DNA of 64,000 nucleotides from Emiliania huxleyi CCMP1516 (lineage: Eukaryota): positions 1,473,331-1,537,330 of the forward strand of contig NW_005202428.1 in the NCBI RefSeq assembly GCF_000372725.1, in the 5' to 3' direction. The first letter of the stretch is position 1; each line of letters begins with the position of its first letter. Both the position numbers and the translations under genes were made by a program. The notes below the pieces were generated by a model that saw only the letters and a program-made list of their open reading frames with translations, made no database searches and was not told the origin of the DNA. Positions 1-12,128 of this stretch are shown here, in pieces.

Positions 1-177
1 TGAACACGGGTCCTTGTATCCCAAAGTAGCGCTCGGGTGCTTCACGCCCTCGTCCCTCACACACCGCAAGTCTTTGTGCACACAGACGCCCCTTGCACGC
101 ACCGAGGGCGACGAAGGAGCGACGAAGAAGACGCCGCCCTAGTCCACTCCTCGACTGCGGTGTGCTCCTGCCGTAGG

Positions 178-2538
178 CAAGGCCCGCGCCGGACCCCTCG
201 GCAAGGGCCCCGCGGGAGGAGGGCCCGCCGCCGCTGCGGCGGTGTCAGCAGCGACGCTGGCTCGGCGGCAGCGAATGGCGGCGGTCGTAGCGGCGCGCGA
301 GCCTAGATGCGGGGCGTACGGAGGCTGGCACTCACACGTACGTGCTCCGCTGTGCTCGTACTCCGTGTACTCACGCGATGCTGCAGCGCCGTGACTCCAG
401 CGCGCACTCTCGGCGCAGGCCAACGAGGCCAACGAGGCGGGCCAGGGCGCTGCCGCCCACGCGCGCAGCCCTGCACAGGGCGGGCGGTTGGGGGGGGGCG
501 ACAGGGTGGAGGAGAAGGAGGACGACGACGAGGACGAGGAGGAGGAGGAGGAGGACGAGAGCCTCGACGACCGTCCACGAGGCGGAGGCGCTTCTGCAGT
601 GGGCGCGGCGACGCGGCGCGCTGCCGCGCCCGCCGCCAACGCGTCCGCCGCCGGCGCTCCGGCCAAGCCCGAGCGGCCCGGCGAGGCCAAGCCCGAGCGG
701 CCCGGCGAGGAAGGGAGCGTGAGTGCAGGAGGGCCGGGAGGCGCGCAAGTACCATCCTACCGCATCCGCAAGAAGGCGCCTCTTCCCGCCCCGCCACTTC
801 ACCCGCCGCCGCCGCCGCCGCAGCAGCCGCAGCAGCCGCAGCAGCCGCAGCAGCCGGGTCGAGGAGGAGCGCCGCTTCCGCCGCGGCATGCTGACGGGTT
901 CGACGGGAGGCGCGGCACAACACACGGGCGAACAGATCCGAGATGCGGGAGGACAGATCCCTGTATTCCGACACGCACTCGAGAAGACGCGCACTCTTGA
1001 GGGTGTGGCACTCTGCTACCCTTCCGCCGTGTCCGCTGTGTTCGCAGCCGCGTGCACACGCGCTGCTCCGAGTACAATACACTGCAACACCGCACAATAC
1101 ACTGCACGAGACCGTACTCACGCCCTCAACTCGCCGTGCTCCAACTCTAGGTACGGGACTCGCGTGCCCATGAGCCCGCGGGGCGGCGACTACTACGGCT
1201 GTGGCGGTGGCGAAGGAGGAGGAGGCGGCGGCAGCTTTGCTGGCGGCTATGGCAGCGGCCGTGGCGGCGGCAGCGGCCGTGGCGGCGGCAGCGGCCGCCG
1301 CGGCAGCTGTGGCAACTATTGTGGCGGTGGCGGCGGCGGTGGCAGCTTTGGTGGCGATGGCGGCGGCTATGGCGGCGGCAGCGGCGGCTATGGTGGCGGC
1401 GGCGGCAGCTATGGTGGCGGCGGCGGCAGCTATGGTGGCGGCGGCAGCTATGGTGGCGGCGGTGGTGGTGGTGGCGGTGGAGGAGCGTATGGCGGCCAGT
1501 GCGGCGGTGGAGGTTGCGGCGGCAGCGCCCAGTGGTCCGCAGGGCGACAGCCCCGGGCGCCGCCACCGCCGCCACCGCCGCCGCCGCCGTCGGGCAAAGT
1601 GGATCTCGATGCGGCGCGCCACCTCCGTCCCCGCCGCCACCGAGCCCGCCGCCGCCGTCACCGCCTCACCCTCGCCGCCTCCGCCCTCGCCGCTTCCGCC
1701 CTCGCCGCTTCCGCCCTCGCCCCCGCCTCCAAGCCCACCCCCGCCCAGCCCACCACCCTCGCCGCCTCCGCCGCCCCCCTCACCCTCGCCGCCTCCCCGC
1801 CAAGTTGCCCGGAGAGAGGACCCGGTGTGGCGGCCCACCCGCCCACCCTGTGTGCGGCTCGTCTCGTGTAGGTGCGCGGCGCTCTGATGAGGGTGGCAAA
1901 GAGCCAGGGCCTGGCGCAGAGCCACGGAGGAGGCGGCGGCGGCGTCCTTGGTGGCGGTGGAGGCTGCGGCGGCGGAGGCGCAGGCTCGCGGCCATACGAG
2001 GCGCCGCACGAGGGTGGGGGCGGCACCGCGTCGCAGCAGTCGCTGCTCATGCAGTTGGGGAGCGCGTTCGAGCCGACGTTCGGCGGCGGCGGCGGCATGG
2101 GCAGCAGCGGCTTGGGAGGCGGCGGCGAGATGGGTGAACCCCCCCTCTCCACCCCCCCGCCTAGAGAGGACAGACAGTGACAGCAGCTCCTCTTGTCCTG
2201 ACGGTTCTCTCCCTCCGTCAGGCGGCTGCGGCATGGGCATGGGCAGTGCGGCCGGAGCCGGAGGCGGCATGGGGAACATGGGCGCGATGGGCGCGATGGG
2301 GCAGTGCTACGGGGGCGGATGTGGCGGGATGACCGGCCCCGGAATGTGCGGCCCCGGAATGGGCGGGCTTGGAATGGGCGGGCCGGGCTGCTGCGGCGGG
2401 CCGGGCTGCTGCGGAGGAGGGCCAGGTGGGTGCTTCCCGGGCGGGGGCGGGGGCGGCTGCGGTGGCAGTATGGGTGGCGGCTGGATGGGTGGCGGAGGCA
2501 GCATGGGTGGCGGAGGCATGCAGGGTGGGTGGAGATGA
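178..2538 (+). CDS. Multi-exon low-complexity protein, 3' part (acidic tract, Pro/Gln tract, GGYGG and GGM/GGC-rich C-terminus); 5' end probably outside the window
   Basis: Successive ORF segments (EEKEDDDEDEEEEEE; PPPPQQPQQP; GGYGGGSGGYGGG; GGMGNMGAMG...MQGGWR*) are each preceded by a pyrimidine-rich AG acceptor (about 177, 400, 1150, 1871, 2221). No folded domain recognised. Confidence 0.55.
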
Positions 2539-2891
2539 GGTGCGAGTCGGGTTGACCATGGCCTTGGCACGTAGTTGCGTTCCGGCTTTTGCGCGGTGCG
2601 AGTCCGATGTCCGCGTTGTGCGAGCGCGCGTCGGGCGGGGGCCGGGGGTGTTGCTGTTGGCCCCCTAGCCCGGACGCCAAAAACGTCAACCAGCAAAACA
2701 GGAGATAGAGCAGTACGATATATGAGTAAGACCGAGCCACACACGAGACCCCGCGGCGGCGATATTTTGTCGATGGAAACTGAACTTTCGCGCTAACACA
2801 CACAAGGGGACAAGCGAAGAACAGTGACCCGTTACTCGCTCGTTCTGCGTCACCGAAACAAAGATGGAAGCTCGCGCCAAGGCGCGGAGCC

Positions 2892-4204
2892 TCACGGGTG
2901 CTCGTCCCCGGAGAGACGGTCAGTGTAGATCCGCTGCAACTTGGCAAAGACCACAATCACGAGGACGTGCATCCAATTGTGCGAGTTGGCCACCAAATCG
3001 AGCGTGCCTGGGGCAAACCACCGCTCCGGGATCTGCAGGACCCATATCGCGACCGTGACGGCAAAGAGGGCAGCCCAAACGGCGAGGGCAGGCGCGGTCG
3101 GCGTCGGCGAGGCGGCGGCGAGGCCGGCGAGGCCGATCACGAGCGGCAGACCCATGACGCCGGCCACGACCGCCTTTGGGCGCGAGTTGAGCGCGCCTAT
3201 GGGGAAGTTCCAAGCGGCTTGAAAGAAGTTTCGTGACGGTCCCGCCTCAGGCGCGAGTTGAAGCACGCCGCTCACAAAGCTCCAAAAGCCGGCGAGGGCG
3301 GCGGCGGCGAGGGCGATAAGGAGGCGGCGGGCGAGGAGGGGCCTCCCGGCGGCGTGGAGCTCGAAGAATGCGATGAGTGCAGCGTGCGCAGCGCAAGAGA
3401 GAAAGGCGCACCCTTGGTCAATCGCAAGAAGCAGCTGCCTGCCGCATGAAGACACCAGAGTCAGGTCCTGAATAGGGCTCCCGTGCATCCAGGAATTGCG
3501 CGAATACGCGGGCTGTCATTACAGCGGAATACAGCGGAAGTCTCGAGCGGAAGTCGAGTCGTCTCTCGAGCGCCCCGCCCGTCGGAACACAGAGGTCCAG
3601 TACCTCCGTCTTCAGCATCTAGGAGCAGCTGCCGCGCGCGGAGCGGAGCCGCCTCTCCGGCGTGGTAGGCGACCGAGGCCACGCCGACGAGGAGAGCGAC
3701 GGCGGCGTGCGCGCGCAGGGCAGCCACGAAGGGCCCGGCGGCGGCGGAGGAGGGCGGCGGAGCGATGACAAAGGAGGCGACGTACGGGAGGCCGAGTAGG
3801 TGCGTGTAGATGTTGAGGCTCTGGTTGTGGAGGGTGAAGAGGGCGCGCAGCACTGACGTGCAGCCCTCGGGGCGGTACGAGCTCAGGATGTGCGGCAGCG
3901 CTCGGTCGGCGGCAACGGCACTGGCGTCTACCAGCACCCAAGGCGCTGCGTCGGCTGTGCCTGATTTGGCCTGCGGTGCGGCGGCCTCGGCCTCGGGCTT
4001 GCGGCGCCTCCGGAGAGGCGTCCCGTCCAGCGCACGCAGGTTGAGGTGCGTGGGGTCCCGAGAAAGTCTCGGCGGAGAGTCGCCGGACTCATCGCCAGAC
4101 TCACAGGAGGACTCAGCGCGGCTGCCGGGAGTGGAATTCTGCTTGACGTGCACAAACGGCGGGCCCTTGTGCAGGTGCACCTCGCCGGTGAGGTGGTTGG
4201 ACAT
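2892..4204 (-). CDS. PAQR / adiponectin-receptor (haemolysin-III family) membrane protein, 2 exons
   Basis: Motifs ILSSYRP, LFTLHNQSLNIYTHLLG, SVAYH, IPERWFAPGTLDLVANSHNWMHVLV. Intron 3439-3632 (GC..AG) joins the two ORFs in frame. Confidence 0.9.
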
Positions 4205-4674
4205 ATCTGGCTGCGTGCGATGGGAGGTGGGAAGGGCTGCAGTGCCCAAGGGCAGCCGAGCGCTGCGCCAGGGCAATGTTGCCGAGGGCCCAAAGCCGCC
4301 GCCGCCGCCGCAAGTCGGGCTCCCGCGGGAAGCTGGTGGAAGTTCCCACAGAAAAGAATTTTATTTCCGCATCTGACGCGCTGGCACGACACTAGGCACG
4401 GGACTGGCGCGCACTGGCACTAACACAGGTACACCAAGAAAAGAATCTTCACATGAAGCCTCTCTTGCTGCACACGCACGACAAGGGCGCAGACAGACTG
4501 GAAGAGAGAAGATAATAAAATCTCTCTCTCAGACTGGCGCGGACTGGCACACACACAACAAAACAAACAACAGTGTGATTATTGTTTGGTATTGCTAAAA
4601 ATCTCTCACACACCGGCACACAAGTGACAAGAAAAGAATTGGCGTTACAAACTGGGCACGGGACTGGCGCGCAC

Positions 4675-4900
4675 GATATACCCGAAGGGAACCCCAGTGC
4701 CAACACCGACCGTTGGAGGTACAAGTGCTCGAAACGAGAGTGGACCTGAGCAACGACATTTCGACATGACTTGGAGGCAAATGATCGGAGTGGGAGTCAG
4801 AAATGTGGTCCTTGCGCGAGGAGAGCTCGATAAACTCGAGGGGCCAAAATATGCCGAGAGAAGGCTGGCGGAGTTACGCAGAGCGGCGAGAGAGGCGTGG
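4675..4900 (+). repeat. Copy of a dispersed repeat with decayed coding capacity (DMTWRQMIGVGVR.VVLARGELDKLEGPKYA)
   Basis: Closely similar sequence occurs twice on the minus strand at about 38250-38435 and 38750-38955. Confidence 0.85.
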
Positions 4901-5520
4901 GAAGAAAGCTGGGATCACAAATTTTGGGGTCAATGTAACTGGCCGTCTGTCGGGACGGGCTGCCCCAAGATCGACTTCAAGCCCCCCCTGCCTCCCTTTC
5001 CCCCTCTGCAGCCGGCCTCGCCTCCCCCGCCTCGGCGCCCGCCGTGCGAAGAGGACATTGTGACGTCAGCTGTCGGCTGGTTCCTTCCAAACTGGAAGAA
5101 ATGCGAGGGCTCTGACCACCATTACGCTCCAAGTCGCCCCAATTACTTCATGGCTGGGTGAGCGCTTGCCTCGCCATGTCCCACATGGACAGAGGTTGGG
5201 GTACAGAGGCTGGAGAGGGGCGAGCACACCGCCAGCTGGCTCGGGCAGAGCTCCGCCGATTAGAGCGCCGGTGTTGCTTTGCGTTCTCGATCGAGAGGGG
5301 GGCGAGGGGATGGGGGTCTTGTGGCTACTTTGTGACGTTTACCACTTACCTCAACCTTAGTCTGTGCCTCCGTCACAGCGCTGGTAGTGTGGCCACTCCC
5401 CTCCGGTGAGGCTGTTATATCGGCGCAAGCGCCGGGCCGGTGTGTTCTGAACACGTTTTTAGAACGCATTCCAGCCATTCTGATCATACCCGTCCCTGCA
5501 AAACTCAGGTCCTCTCACCG

Positions 5521-6446
5521 GAGCAGGCGGACATCGCTTCCAGGGGGGGCTTCTGCCCACACCAGCTAGGGGGGGGCGGGGGGGTGTCCGACCCCCCCCA
5601 GAGGCTTCACCACGACATGCAGACATGCTAGGGGGGGGGGCCCGCCCCCCCCAGCACCTTCACCACATGCTAGGGGGGGGGTCCCGCCCCCCCCAGAGAC
5701 TCGTGGTGTCACCACATGCTGCTTGCTGGGGGAGGGGTCCTTCACATGTCATGTTTTGGTGGAGTTCGTTCCGCATTCATAATGAAGATTCATAATGAAG
5801 TATATACGTGTGTGAGACCGCCGCATTGTACTCTGTGTTTATGTGGGTTCGCATATCATTTTCTTTTTTCATCTCGGTCGCGAATTTCCCTCTTGAATGA
5901 TACACACGGTGACACACAAAACAACAGCGACAGGGGATCCTGGGGTGCGGGGTGGCGTGCCTGTGTGTGTGGTGGTGGTGAAGTGGTGGTGGTGGTGGTG
6001 AGTGGGGAGCTTCCCGGGGGGGGGGGGGGGGGGGCCTTCCCAAAAGCTTGGGGGGGGGCCCCCCCCCCACATAGGGGGGGGGCCCGCCCCCCCCCCTGTT
6101 TTCCCAATTCATAGGGGGGGGGGCCCCACCCCCCCTAAAAATTTCCCAAAAGATTGAGGGGGGGGGGGNNNNNNNNNNNNNNNNNNNNNNNNNNNNNNNN
6201 NNNNNNNNNNNNNNNNNNNNNNNNNNNNNNNNNNNNNNNNNNNNNNNNNNNNNNNNNNNNNNNNNNNNAGGGGCCCAAATCGCCCTCGACCTATTTTCTA
6301 ATGTGCCAACCAGACAACTAGGGAGGGGCCCCGCCCCCCCCCAGGCTTCACCACATGCTAGGGGGGGGGTCCCGACCCCCCCAGAGACTTCACCACATGC
6401 TAGGGGGGGGTGGGGACCCCCCCCTGGAAGCGATGTCCGCCTGCTC
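5521..6446. mobile_element. Non-autonomous TIR element (GAGCA termini, 3-bp TSD CCG), PIF/Harbinger-like; contains an assembly gap
   Basis: gagcaggcggacatcgcttccagggg at 5521 and its reverse complement ending at 6446. ccg on both sides (5518-5520, 6447-6449). Internal repeats of caccacatgctaggggggg. Confidence 0.75.
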
Positions 6447-6505
6447 CCGAGAAAGGGACAGCCACCCAGAGCTGGCCGCTGCGAACAGCGCCGTCTCCGG
6501 CTTCC

Positions 6506-6880
6506 TCAGCAAGTAGTTGACCCGCAGCGATCAAAGTTGTAACAGCGATTGTCGTTTACGTGCAGGACGTAGCAGTAGCCACCCCACCATATGTTGTACG
6601 GGCCAACGCGAGCGACGGTGTAAACGACAATCGCGCCGAGGAACACAAACGCGAGGGCAGTTGCAGCCTTGGAGAGGGTCGTCGGGCTTCTCCTGTTGCA
6701 GAAGACGACCAATGCGAGCACCGGAGAGAGAAAGAAGAGGAACATGCACACCTTCTGCATGATCTCTTTTTCTTGTCTGTTCGGGTCCGAGACGTACGAC
6801 AACGTCGAGAATTGAAATATCCCGAAGAGAGAAAGGACCGTGCTCACGAGGTGGCAGAAAAACGCTGCGGACAACGGCAA
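6506..6880 (-). CDS. Hypothetical small membrane protein with about 3 hydrophobic segments; start uncertain
   Basis: 124-aa ORF with three hydrophobic stretches and a Cys-rich tail. It begins at TTG, and I recognise no homology. Confidence 0.3.
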   Translation of the reverse strand: MPLSAAFFCHLVSTVLSLFGIFQFSTLSYVSDPNRQEKEIMQKVCMFLFFLSPVLALVVFCNRRSPTTLSKAATALAFVFLGAIVVYTVARVGPYNIWWGGYCYVLHVNDNRCYNFDRCGSTTC

Positions 6881-7295
6881 GGCGGGGGTTGCTGACGGCT
6901 GGAAAAAGGGCTCTCATGGGGCCGGTCACCTATGTCGTGGGACATTGAGCTCCCGCACATGGACTCCTGCGGTTCGAAGGGATCGGGTTGGCCAGCAGCC
7001 ATCACAACTGGGCGGGCGAAGGCGGAGCGGACCTGCTTTTCGGTCTCCATCGTCGGCAGTTTTCGCGGCGCGCCGCGGATCGAGTCCGAGAGAGGAACGT
7101 CGCGGTTGTCAGCGCTTTCACGAGGGGCAACGGACGACCGGCCAACGACCGACGACGATTGCATGGGAGAAAGAATTTTACTTACCGAGGCTCTCTCACG
7201 ACACTAAGCACGAAGCAGACGGCGAGGGGATAGCAAGAGACGAAGGGGCGGCGCCCGAATCAAAAGACACGGCCACATCTCTGAGACGCGCGAGA

Positions 7296-7395
7296 GCACT
7301 TGGAGCACTTGGAGTGCAGTCATTAACCTCACTCACATCCAGGGCCGGGGAGCTAAGAAGCGCACCCAGCGAGCCGGATGATCGGCATCGGGCTA
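7296..7395 (+). repeat. Dispersed repeat of about 100-115 bp, copy 1
   Basis: cacttggagcacttggagtgcagtc...ggggagctaagaagcgcacccagcg.gccggatgat recurs at about 33160-33272. Confidence 0.85.
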
Positions 7396-7745
7396 GAGCA
7401 GCCTCCTTAAAGGCAATGGAGTCTAGAAAGAAGGAAGAGTAACCGTGCTCGTGGTGGAGTTCAGGAGCGTGATGCAGTGGTGGCCCGCGGAGTTCTTGTA
7501 CGGCACGCGCTTTGCGCCGGGAGGACACGAGACACAAGCCTTGACGGCACACGAAGAGCAGCAGACGGGGAGGGACGGATCGAGCACAAGCCGATCTCGA
7601 ATGACGGAGGAGCAGACGGAGCACAGCATCAATCGACTCTTGGCGGGATATTCATGTACAAAAAAGAAGAAAACCTGGTACCAAAGAGAAAGAGAGAGAC
7701 TGCGTGCCCAAAGCAGAGTCCTCCTACGGGAATGTACGTAAGAGC

Positions 7746-7959
7746 TACATACACTGAGAGAGAGCTCGAGCTCTCACGCCGCGCGTAGGGCCCTTAGGGG
7801 CCTAGAGAACACAACCCCCTCTCTCTTTTTTCTCCCAGTAAGCTAAAAGTACATACACTGAGAGAGAGCTCGAGCTCTCACGCCGCGCGTAGGGCCCTTA
7901 GGGGCCTAGAGAACACAACCCCCTCTCTCTTTTCTCCCAGTAAGCTAAAAATACACTGA
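7746..7959. repeat. Tandem duplication of a unit of about 103 bp
   Basis: tacatacactgagagagagctcgagctctc...cccagtaagctaaaa is present twice, followed by a third atacactga start. Confidence 0.95.
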
Positions 7960-8218
7960 AAAAGTATGCGCGCTCATGCCCGGGAGACGAGCGGACGACA
8001 GCCCGCGGACGATAGCCCTCGTTCCGCTCTCGTGCTCAAGCGGATTCGTCGATCGACGCCTCCGCCGACTTAGCGGAGTCTAACCACTTCTCGAGGAGGG
8101 CCCGCTCTGCCGCATCGCGCTCCATCATGCCGTGCTTCTGCATGCTAACCTCACCCATAGCAACCTCACCCAGTGCTCGTTGCGAGTAGGAGCCCCGCGC
8201 GCTTTGCAATAACGGGCT

Positions 8219-9553
8219 TCACGCCTTTTGGAGCGGCGCGAGGGGGGCCAGGTTGCCGAGCGCGTGGAAGGGCGGCCCGCCCGTGGGGTACTGCAGCCAG
8301 TTGCGCGGCGACCACTCGACGCCGGCGGCGGGCCCCTCGACCAGGTGCAGCTGGAAGGTGTGCCTCGACTTGCCCGTACTGTTTGCAAGGCTGAGGTGGT
8401 CGAGTGTGCCCGGGAAGCAGACGAGGTCACCCGCGCGGCACTCCACCGGCACAAAGCCGGCGGCGAAAAGGTCGTCGAAGCGCGAGCCGAGCGCGAGCCG
8501 CCGCAGCGCAGCGAGCAAGCCACCGAGCAGCCCGCCTGGCGCGGCACTGCGCGGGAGAGCCCCCTCCCACGCCACCGGCTCCGCCTCCGGCTGCTGCTCG
8601 AAGCCCATCGCCGTCGTCGCCGCACCGCCCGCCGCTCCGCCCGCCGCGGGCGGCTGCGGCTGCCGCACAAAGGCGCGCCGCACGGGCTCGTGGTGCGAGC
8701 CTGGCCGCACCCAGAGGCAGCCGTTTGTGAGGGTCGCGTCCTCGAGCGCGAGCCAGAGGCCGAGGCAGGTCTGGCGCGGCGTCGTGAAGAGGAAGGTGGA
8801 GTCCTGGTGGCTGGTCACCTCGCCTCCGATCCCCGCCTGCTTGAAGATGTACATCGATTGCGGCACCACCGGGCTCACCCAGCCAAGCGCGCCGACCAGC
8901 TCGCGCAGCTTGGCCGAGTTGGAGTAGCCGCGGAAGACAGCATCGCGCAAGTGCAGTGCATGGCCGACCTTGTTGAGCGCCTCCGCCTTGCGCGAGCGGT
9001 AGGACGGCCGCAAGCCGACGCCGTCGGCGGCGGCGGCGCCAACCTCGGTGAAGAAGTGGATGCGGTCGGCCGAGTCGAGAAAGTAGTCCGAGCTGCCTTG
9101 CGCCTTCTCCTGCTTTGCATCCGTCCGGAACACCGCAGCGTTGTCCACCTGAGCGCGGTGGGATACGGCGAGCTCTGTGCACCGTCACTGCGGTGTCTGT
9201 GCGTCGAGGCTGGCGGATGGAGCGGGCACAGGAGGGTTGGTCGCCTCGGGGTCCCACTGCTCGACCAGACCCGCCATCCGAGCGATGAGCGCCTGGCACT
9301 CGCTGGCGGCGCAGAAGGAGCGCGCGACGAAGAAGCCGTGGGCGTCGAAGAAGGCGCGCCGTGGGTCGGCCTCCGCCGTCGCGTACTCCACCCGCTTGTC
9401 GACCCAGGAGGAGAGGCGGGCAGGGCCGCCACCGAGCGCGGCGAAGGCACGGGCGGCGCGCGCACGGGCGTTGCGCTCGATGAGGCGCCTCCGCAGGCAA
9501 TAAATGGCGGCCAGCGCGATAGCGCCGAGGCCAGTGAGGCGGCTGTAGGACAT
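8219..9553 (-). CDS. PHYHD1: Phytanoyl-CoA dioxygenase family 2OG-Fe(II) oxygenase (PHYHD1-like) with N-terminal hydrophobic segment, 2 exons
   Basis: DYFLDSADRIHFFTE, LNKVGHALH, QSMYIFKQAGIGGEVTSHQDSTFL (HxD), LWLALEDATLTNGCL, HLSLANSTGKSRH, WSPRNWLQ. Intron about 9149-9245. Confidence 0.92.
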
Positions 9554-9931
9554 GTGTGTGTGTAAGCTGTGCCCGGGCTCGTGTACCGGGCTCTGCCCCG
9601 CCGGGCTCTCCGAGGCGGGCAGTACAATGAAGAAACCGCGCTTCTTATTGTCGGTGATGGCGGCCACTTTCGACGAGCGGGCCGCGCGGGCTTCGGATAT
9701 GGTGAAGCCGGATTTCTTTTGACAGAGTGCGCCGCGCGCGCTTTCTTTTGTGCCCAGTTGCTGAGCCCGCTTTCGCTCCTGGCGAGTACAGACCACGCCT
9801 CACTTTTTCACAGGGGGGATCCGTCTGGAAAAAGGATGCTTTTCGCTGCGCATGCTCGAGCCCCCGGCGAGGGCTTGTGCTGTGAATGCAGGCGTACTCG
9901 CCAGCTTTCGCTCTCTGCGTTTTGCTGCCCG

Positions 9932-10708
9932 ATGAGCGTGCCCTCGATCGAGGCCCTCGAAGCCCAGTTCGGGAACATTGGCGTCGCCGACGACTTCGAC
10001 GGCGAGATCGAGCCAGACGACGAGCCGAACGGCCGCACGGCAGTGGTCTACGACGACGACCCGCTCCTCGCGTCGCCTCCTCCTGGCGGGTTGTCTGAGC
10101 TGGCGAGCAGAGCTGTCCACCCTGGCGGCGGCGGCGGCGGCGGCGAGGCGCTGCTCGCGCGGCTCGAGGCGATGGCGGCGCAGCTCGAGGCGGAGAGTGG
10201 CGAGCCGGAGCCCGGCATCCGCGCGCAGATCTCGACGCTTCGGGCGGTGCTGACGGGGCAGAAAGAGGAGGTGAAGGTGCAGGCCCGCCGACTGGCGGGC
10301 ATGGACGCGGCCGGCGCCACCGCCGAGGCCTCCGCGGCCGCGGAGCGCGTTGAGGAGGGCCTTGCGCGCGTGGACGCCGCCGTGTCGGCCGACCCGGAGG
10401 CGCCTCTCGCCTCTCGCCCCTCCTCGCCTCTCGCCTCTCACCTCTCGCCCAGCCCCTCGCCTGCCCCTCCCTGACGGCCGGGGTGTTGCTCGCCTTGTCC
10501 TCGCATGACGAGCCGTCAACGATCACTTATGCGTCCCATCCTGAATGATATGACTTGTTGCCAGGCGACCGGCCTCCTCGGCGAGCTGCTCTCGTCGGAC
10601 GCCGCCCTCGCCTCCACCTGGGCACGCAAGGAGCAGGACGGCGAGGAGGAGCGAGGGGGAGGGGAGGACGGAGAGCACGGCGGCGAGGGGGACAACTCTT
10701 CGCCTTGA
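9932..10708 (+). CDS. Hypothetical acidic/coiled-coil protein, 2 exons
   Basis: MSVPSIEALEAQFGNIG... has coding-like codon usage. Pyrimidine-rich intron about 10399-10564, then ATGLLGELLSSDAALASTWARKE...*. Confidence 0.6.
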
Positions 10709-11226
10709 GATTTGGCTGCTGAGAGCGCAGGCGTGACGCGCGAGTCGCGGGCGAGGCGCGCGCGTGATCACTGGTCATGTCACTGGTCGACACCGCCCGC
10801 CCCTCCCCGCAGCCCGCGCGCGCGCGCGCACACACACACACACGTGTCAAGTTTCGTCTCTCAGTCTCACATACTGGCGAGCTGCGTCTCTCACACACCC
10901 TCGACACCTCCCCCCGCGAGCGGTCCGGTCTCTGTACTCTGACTCGACCTATACGTATGTAGAGCTGGAGTGGTTGCTCTGGACCGTACGTGCCTTTTTT
11001 CGTTTTTATTGTGTGTTGTACGTACCCGCGCAGTGTCGGAGACGCGGCGGAGTGTGTGAGAATGCGCGGAAAAGCTGAACCCGCAAAACACACGGCGTTC
11101 TCTCTGACGGAAAATCGGCGTTGTCAGACGTAGGGGCGGGGTTGCACTCTGTCTCACTGTCTCTCCGTACGAACAGCTTCCGTCACGGCACGCTCGCGAG
11201 GGGCCACAGCCTTTCCCAGTCCTTTC

Positions 11227-11922
11227 TCAGCGCGCGCCAGTCCAGGGCTTTCGAAAGTCGTCTCTACCGACGTCCGCAAAGTTTCTTCGCAGCCCGGGTG
11301 AGCGGGCTGTGTCTACGTTGTACGGGTCGCGCTCCTCCTCGCCCGTCCAGCCGGCGGCCTTGAAGGCGTCCTCCATCCCTCCATCCTCTCCCTGCCTCGA
11401 CTGCGCGCCGTACTCAAAATCCTTCGCCGCGCCCCGGGGCGGCCTCTCCGCCTTCTTCATCAAGCGAGCCTTGAGCAGCGCCTCGACAAAGTCCACCTTC
11501 TCAAACATCGTCGACGCGTCCACGCCGAGCGCCGCCAGCTCCGCCTTGATCGCAGGCACCCGCATCCCCGCGACGGCGGACCTTTCGTCGCTCACTGCAC
11601 CGCTCGCCGGAGGCGCAGGGTCGCGGGTGGTGGCCTCGGGCGCCGGTGGCGATGCCGCGGTGGCCGGAGGCGGCGGTGGAGCGGCCGGCGGCGGTGGAGC
11701 GGCCGGCGGCGGCGCGGTCGGTGGTGGCGGCGCAAGCCGAGCCGCCTCCACGAGTCGGCAGAGCTCCTCCTTCTCGAAGGCCACGCCGCGCCAGCCGACA
11801 CCTCGCGAGTCGAGTTCTGCCTTGAGGTCTTTCGCGCGCATACTCCTCGGGTCGGCGCAGCAGCAAACCCGCGAGACGACGAGAGATGGGAAGATGGCGG
11901 GAGTCGCCAGTTGGTGGCGCAT
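11227..11922 (-). CDS. Protein with two SAP/HeH-like helical motifs separated by a Pro/Ala linker
   Basis: Internal repeat MRAKDLKAELDSRGVGWRGVAFEKEELCRLV / MRVPAIKAELAALGVDASTMFEKVDFVEAL. Confidence 0.65.
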   Translation of the reverse strand: MRHQLATPAIFPSLVVSRVCCCADPRSMRAKDLKAELDSRGVGWRGVAFEKEELCRLVEAARLAPPPPTAPPPAAPPPPAAPPPPPATAASPPAPEATTRDPAPPASGAVSDERSAVAGMRVPAIKAELAALGVDASTMFEKVDFVEALLKARLMKKAERPPRGAAKDFEYGAQSRQGEDGGMEDAFKAAGWTGEEERDPYNVDTARSPGLRRNFADVGRDDFRKPWTGAR

Positions 11923-12128
11923 CCCTGCCGAAACGCGGCCTGGCGATACGCAGCTTGTTATTGTTGAGAGCAGGGTTCGGGTTCCCAGCAGAGAGGGGTA
12001 CACACGTTAGGTTCGCCGCCACGCGCACAGAGCGCTATGAGCGATGCCTTCGCCTGGTCCCCCCTTTTCCCTTCGCTGCGTCGCTCTCTCGCCTGGCTCC
12101 AGCTCTCCCCGCTGGTGGCGCGGACCCT

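Noticed and set aside
303..2279. 658-aa Ala-rich minus-strand ORF
   Set aside because: Antisense shadow of the Gly-rich plus-strand gene; stop codons are rare at this GC content.
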